In this document: positions 59,830 through 64,000 of the stretch, one piece after another
How the letters are laid out: each line of letters begins with the position of its first letter
Numbering within the stretch: the stretch's first letter is position 1
Source: the human T2T-CHM13v2.0 reference genome, Homo sapiens
Reading direction: 5' to 3'
NCBI GenBank assembly: GCA_009914755.4
Contig: CP086569.2
Location: 20,576,001 to 20,640,000, forward strand
Length of the DNA: 64,000 bases
Position numbers and translations under genes: made by a program
Notes under the pieces: generated by a model
The model's input: the letters and a program-made list of their open reading frames with translations, nothing else
Database searches by the model: none
Told to the model about the DNA's origin: nothing

Positions 59830-62321
59830 CTAAACTTACAAGTGGCTAAAATGGAATAAGAAAGGCAAAAAAAAGATAACAGAAAAGGCAGCAGAAACTA
59901 AGTTCAAAATAAGATAGCAAAAAATGGATGCAATCATCAGTCACAATAAATGAAAATTAACTAATTAAAAAATAAAAACTCACTGGATTAAAAAAATCAA
60001 TTCTGCATTAGTTACAAGTTAAACATTTAAAGCCTATGTATACAGAAAGATAAACTAGATCTAAGATCCAAAGGAAACTAGCAGGAACGGGACTGAGGGG
60101 CAGTATAGAGACCAAAGTATTTATTTGTTTTATAAAAGTTAAAAAATTAATACCAGTACAAATTCATTATGAAAGGGGTTAATACAAATATTCTGCATAT
60201 ACTCAAATATCTATACACATATATATGTATTAGTTAAGCATAAATGGTGTGTCCAATAATTTAGCAGATGGGATAATCTGATGCTCTTAAAGGCTTGCCA
60301 TTGGAATAAGCTAATGGAAAGTGTTTGACCTTAGTAATCAATGAAATAGTGCTACGTGGGAACATATCATACCCACAAAAGTAGGTAACAGTATGAAGTG
60401 CTCTGTTAAACATATGGATGACCAGTTCTCTCATTAGTTTCAGTGTAACCTGTCAGAATCCTTTTGTAAAACAATTCAGAGTATCGTTCAATTCCACTTC
60501 TAAACATAGAACCTAGAAACTGTTGTTTCAGGAGACCTGTAAAACAATGCTCATACACTGTTAGTAACAGCTAAACACCAGAAGCAATCCACAGAAAGAA
60601 AGATAAATGAGATGTAATCCCAGCATGCAATATTATATAATAGTGAAAAAACAGATAATTTAAAGCTATGAGCAACAATATAAATGAATTTTCCTAACAC
60701 AATACTGACAGAACAAGTCAGAGAACACACAACGTAACATTAGCAAAGCTTGAAAATTAATATTCTTTTTAAAAATACATACATATGTAATCAAACACTA
60801 CACTTTTTTTTATTATGACAAACCCATGACGGTGGAACATTTAGGTGTTAGTGGAGAGAAAGAGGGAGGTATGACTTGCAGAAAAGCCTGTGGAGAGATA
60901 TTATCTCACAAAACTTCAATTCTTATGTTCAAAAGTTAGCTCAGGGATATTACTTAATACCATGCTTTATACCGACAAAAGGACTTGTCTATGGCTTCAA
61001 AATACAATTTGTTTTTTGGTTGTTTCAAAAAGGGAATTAGAAACAGACCAAAGTTACCAATGGAGGCTATAGGTGATTGCCTTCCAATTACTTAATTTAT
61101 AGTTTCAATCCCTCAGTAATTTTAACTTACTTCTATTTTAAGAACTATAACCAAACTATCTGTAAGACTTTTAAGCACTATCATACTCAGCTACACATCT
61201 CTTAACAAAAGAGGTAAATTTTGTCCTTTTTTGAACGTCATAGAGTATACTCACACAAACCAAGAAGAAACAATCTACTACATACCTACGCTATATGGTA
61301 TATAACTATTGCTCCTAGGCTACAAATTAGTGCGACACTATTGTACTGAATATTATAGGCCATGTAACACAATGGTTTAAGTATCTGTGCCTCTAAACAC
61401 AGAAAAGATATAGTGAAAGTACAGTATTGCTCCTTTATTAAACTCAAAATGTTATGCAGCATATGACCGACTATAAAATAGCGCTTATCCAGATACAGAC
61501 ATCTCCATGAACAAACAGTATATATACAGAAAAATCAGAGTAAGACTTCCTAAAAATGTTAGTCACAGCTATTAGCTAAGTTTATCCTCAAACCACTATT
61601 TTTTCTGTCTGGATCAACCCTCTTGTAAGACTAATCTATATACAATGCCAAATACTAATTCTTTTGGTTCTGGCCAACATGGTAAAACAGGAAATAGAAT
61701 TAATTTCTCAAATGTTCAAATAATGCATAAGGACGGCTACATTTTAGCTTTCTCTCCCCAAATTATGTTACTTCAGGCATTATTTTTTTTGGTTCTCCAC
61801 TACAGGAGAAATGTAAATGTGATGAGTCAGAATTTAGGATGGCTGTATGGGTTTCTTTGACTAATACAAGAAATCACTTTGTAATGAATGAAATCAGTGG
61901 TTTCTGCATTACTCCGTATGTTCGACATGAACACAAATTGATACACTTAACAAAGATACTTCTTTCCGCCCTTCCAAATATTTCAAAATAAGCTGGTCAT
62001 AGTACTTGCTTTTCATAAAAAGATGGTAAGCTTCCAATATTTAGATTTAAGGAAAGGTGAAGGAACACTATAGCTCTTCATTGATAATATCAAGATTTAT
62101 ACTGTTCCTTTTATCTATCTCCATCAGAGTTTCAAGAGAAAAAAAATACGATGACTGTCCATATTCCGGTTCACTGACAGATCATGAACCAGTATCATCA
62201 AACCTCATTATTATCCGAAATATGTGAAGACAACACTGTGTGGGAGAACCTAGGAAAGTAATTTTACATGCTAAAATGAGTTTCCCTAGTTAATGTTAAC
62301 ATGAACTACCAACCGTATTAC

Positions 62322-62480
62322 CTTCTCCTCAGGAGATAAGTTTTGTTTGCTATTGCTGACAGGAAAGCCACTGCCAAATTCTTTGGAATGAATATCAGCT
62401 CCATATTCAACTGTCACGTCTTCCTCAATGCTGCTCACCAGCCTCCAGAATTCCTTCTCTACAAGTTCTGTAGGCACCAT
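62322..62480 (-). CDS. KDM5D: KDM5D exon ([53 protein letters not shown])
   Basis: Acceptor gttttcacag|ATG, donor AAG|gtaata; 159 nt. A 10.4-kb intron separates it from the next exon. Confidence 0.9.
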
Positions 62481-62595
62481 CTGTGAAAACACATGTAAAA
62501 GGTTATCATAGCCCACTATACTTTGGACTCATGTCTCCATGAGAACTAAGACTACCACAACAGAATCCCTATAGTCCAGCCCTCAGATCACATAC

Positions 62596-62715
62596 ATGTA
62601 CAGGCATGTTGAAGTAGTCGGACTTGAAGGAATCAGCCATTTCACCAAAACTCTGCAAACTGTACTCCTGGGTAGCCTGTTCAAATCCAAAAGCTTCAGG
62701 AGGCTGTTTACACTC
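62596..62715 (-). CDS. KDM5D: KDM5D exon ([40 protein letters not shown])
   Basis: Acceptor atatattttatttcag|GAG, donor CAT|gtatgt; 120 nt. Confidence 0.9.
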
Positions 62716-63133
62716 CTGAAATAAAATATATTTCAGCAAGACAAAGGGAATAAAGATCCAAAAAAACAGGAGAGCTAAGGGGAGATAAATTTTTCATGTT
62801 ACATTCAATATCTCATGCAATAATTCTGCATTTTCATATGTTTCCAGGTAGGTTTGTTTCTTCAGTAGGTATTAAACATTATTTTATAATCTTTCCTTAC
62901 ATGCTTCATGCCATTTGAATTATAGTCCCTTGCCTCTGGTTCAGTCAAGTCTCTATCATTCTAGAGTTAGTGTGTTCAATCGTTCTTGTATAGTAGCTCA
63001 CTGATAGCTTAATCAAAACCTAACACAAATATTAACTTATAAAAGGGCAGAAACTACCTTCCCAAAACCCAGAAGGGGAGATTACAGAAAATCACCAACC
63101 AAAAATAAAGCATCTGTGACAGACAGATCTTAC

Positions 63134-63292
63134 CGCCAAGATACATTTTGGGCACCTCCAGATGCCTCTGGGGATTTCAGGAAGGGGTGGTAACAAGCAG
63201 AAGATGTGGTAATTGTCATCACAGCCATCACAGAAAAGAAGCTTATCATCTTCATCCCCACGGGAGCATACTTGGCAAATATATGAGTCAAT
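63134..63292 (-). CDS. KDM5D: KDM5D PHD1 exon ([53 protein letters not shown])
   Basis: Acceptor ttttttttttttggtag|ATT, donor GCG|gtaaga; 159 nt. Encodes residues 2-9 of the HLA-A2 H-Y epitope FIDSYICQV at 63269-63292; the F comes from the upstream exon. Confidence 0.85.
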
Positions 63293-64000
63293 CTACCAAA
63301 AAAAAAAAAAAAGTAAAAAATTTAGCTGCTTGTTCCCTGACACCTTATCGCAGGTTTCTAGACCATTCATGAACATCTATCATTAGTCAATAACTATACA
63401 GTGTTGTATTTATGAGCTTACTACCTAGTGCAAACTATGACAGGAAATAATTACACTATAATACAGTAAGTTAATAAAGAAACCATGGGGGCAAAGTAGA
63501 CTTTTTATAGAGGTTCAACGGCGTAAACAAAAATCATAAAGGTATAAAGCAGCATAGATCAGAGAATTACATAGTTAAAAATTTATCTGGCACAGAGGGC
63601 AAGTTGAACATAAAAAGGTCAAGTGACCGAATATCCAGTTATAGTTGTTCCTCTGTTGAAAAGTTTGATAGACATATACTTTCATTATAAAGGGTTATCT
63701 TAGATTAGATGATGAATTATAAATAGTCACTCAAGTAGTATGTCACAGAAGAGAAACATGAAGCAAAGGCTAAATAACTTGATTCTTACATACTATTGAA
63801 AAAAATCTAGTAATAATTACCAGTTTAAAAAGAAAACGCAGTGGTAAGATTTTTAGCAGGGTACACTTACATTTTGAAAAAATTACCTTCAATAAGTAGG
63901 ATGGGCTTTTCTACAAGAATCTAGAAGTAAACTGATCAATAAAGAGAAAATTTTAAAGATAACTCAAGAGCAGAAGAAACTGTGTGAAAATATAAATATA

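Noticed and set aside
63293-64000. A candidate small exon on the minus strand near 63880-63930 (ag|ATTCTTGTAGAAAAGCCCATCCTACTTATTGAA|gtaatt).
   Set aside because: Its translation (ILVEKPILLIE) does not match the KDM5 sequence expected upstream of PHD1. The splice-like motifs are likely chance, and the real upstream exon probably lies beyond the window.

Overview
This window is primate (human-like) Y-chromosomal DNA, identifiable by the Alu, L1 and HERV-K LTR5 repeats it carries. It contains no prokaryotic system and no novel system that I can support.

Coordinates 1-36000 are a repeat-rich intergenic block. It holds a degenerate L1, an AluS, a MER1-like DNA transposon split by an antisense L1 fragment, a young 5'-truncated L1, an unclassified 3.7-kb segment, a full-length but dead L1PA nested inside an Alu, an old L1M interrupted by an LTR-like element and an Alu, and a solo HERV-K(HML-2) LTR5 flanked by a perfect 6-bp duplication.

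Coordinates 35975-64000 carry the 3' portion of KDM5D on the minus strand. KDM5D (SMCY/JARID1D) is the Y-linked lysine demethylase 5D and paralog of X-linked KDM5C. I mapped 19 coding exons, all with GT-AG introns and mutually consistent phases, totalling 3696 nt, or 1231 codons. They run from the PHD1 exon through the JmjC and C5HC2 domains and PHD2 to the stop codon, followed by a roughly 570-nt 3' UTR with an AATAAA signal. The 5' exons (JmjN, ARID) lie beyond the window end.

The gene is assigned to Y rather than X for three reasons. About 20% of residues differ from KDM5C as I remember it. The C-terminal tail is distinct. The exons encode the classic male-specific H-Y epitopes [11 protein letters not shown] (complete) and IDSYICQV (8 of the 9 residues of FIDSYICQV). 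The introns are packed with L1 fragments, all antisense to the gene, and with Alus, including an intact AluY flanked by a perfect 15-17-bp target-site duplication.

All calls come from reading the sequence by eye; no alignments were run.
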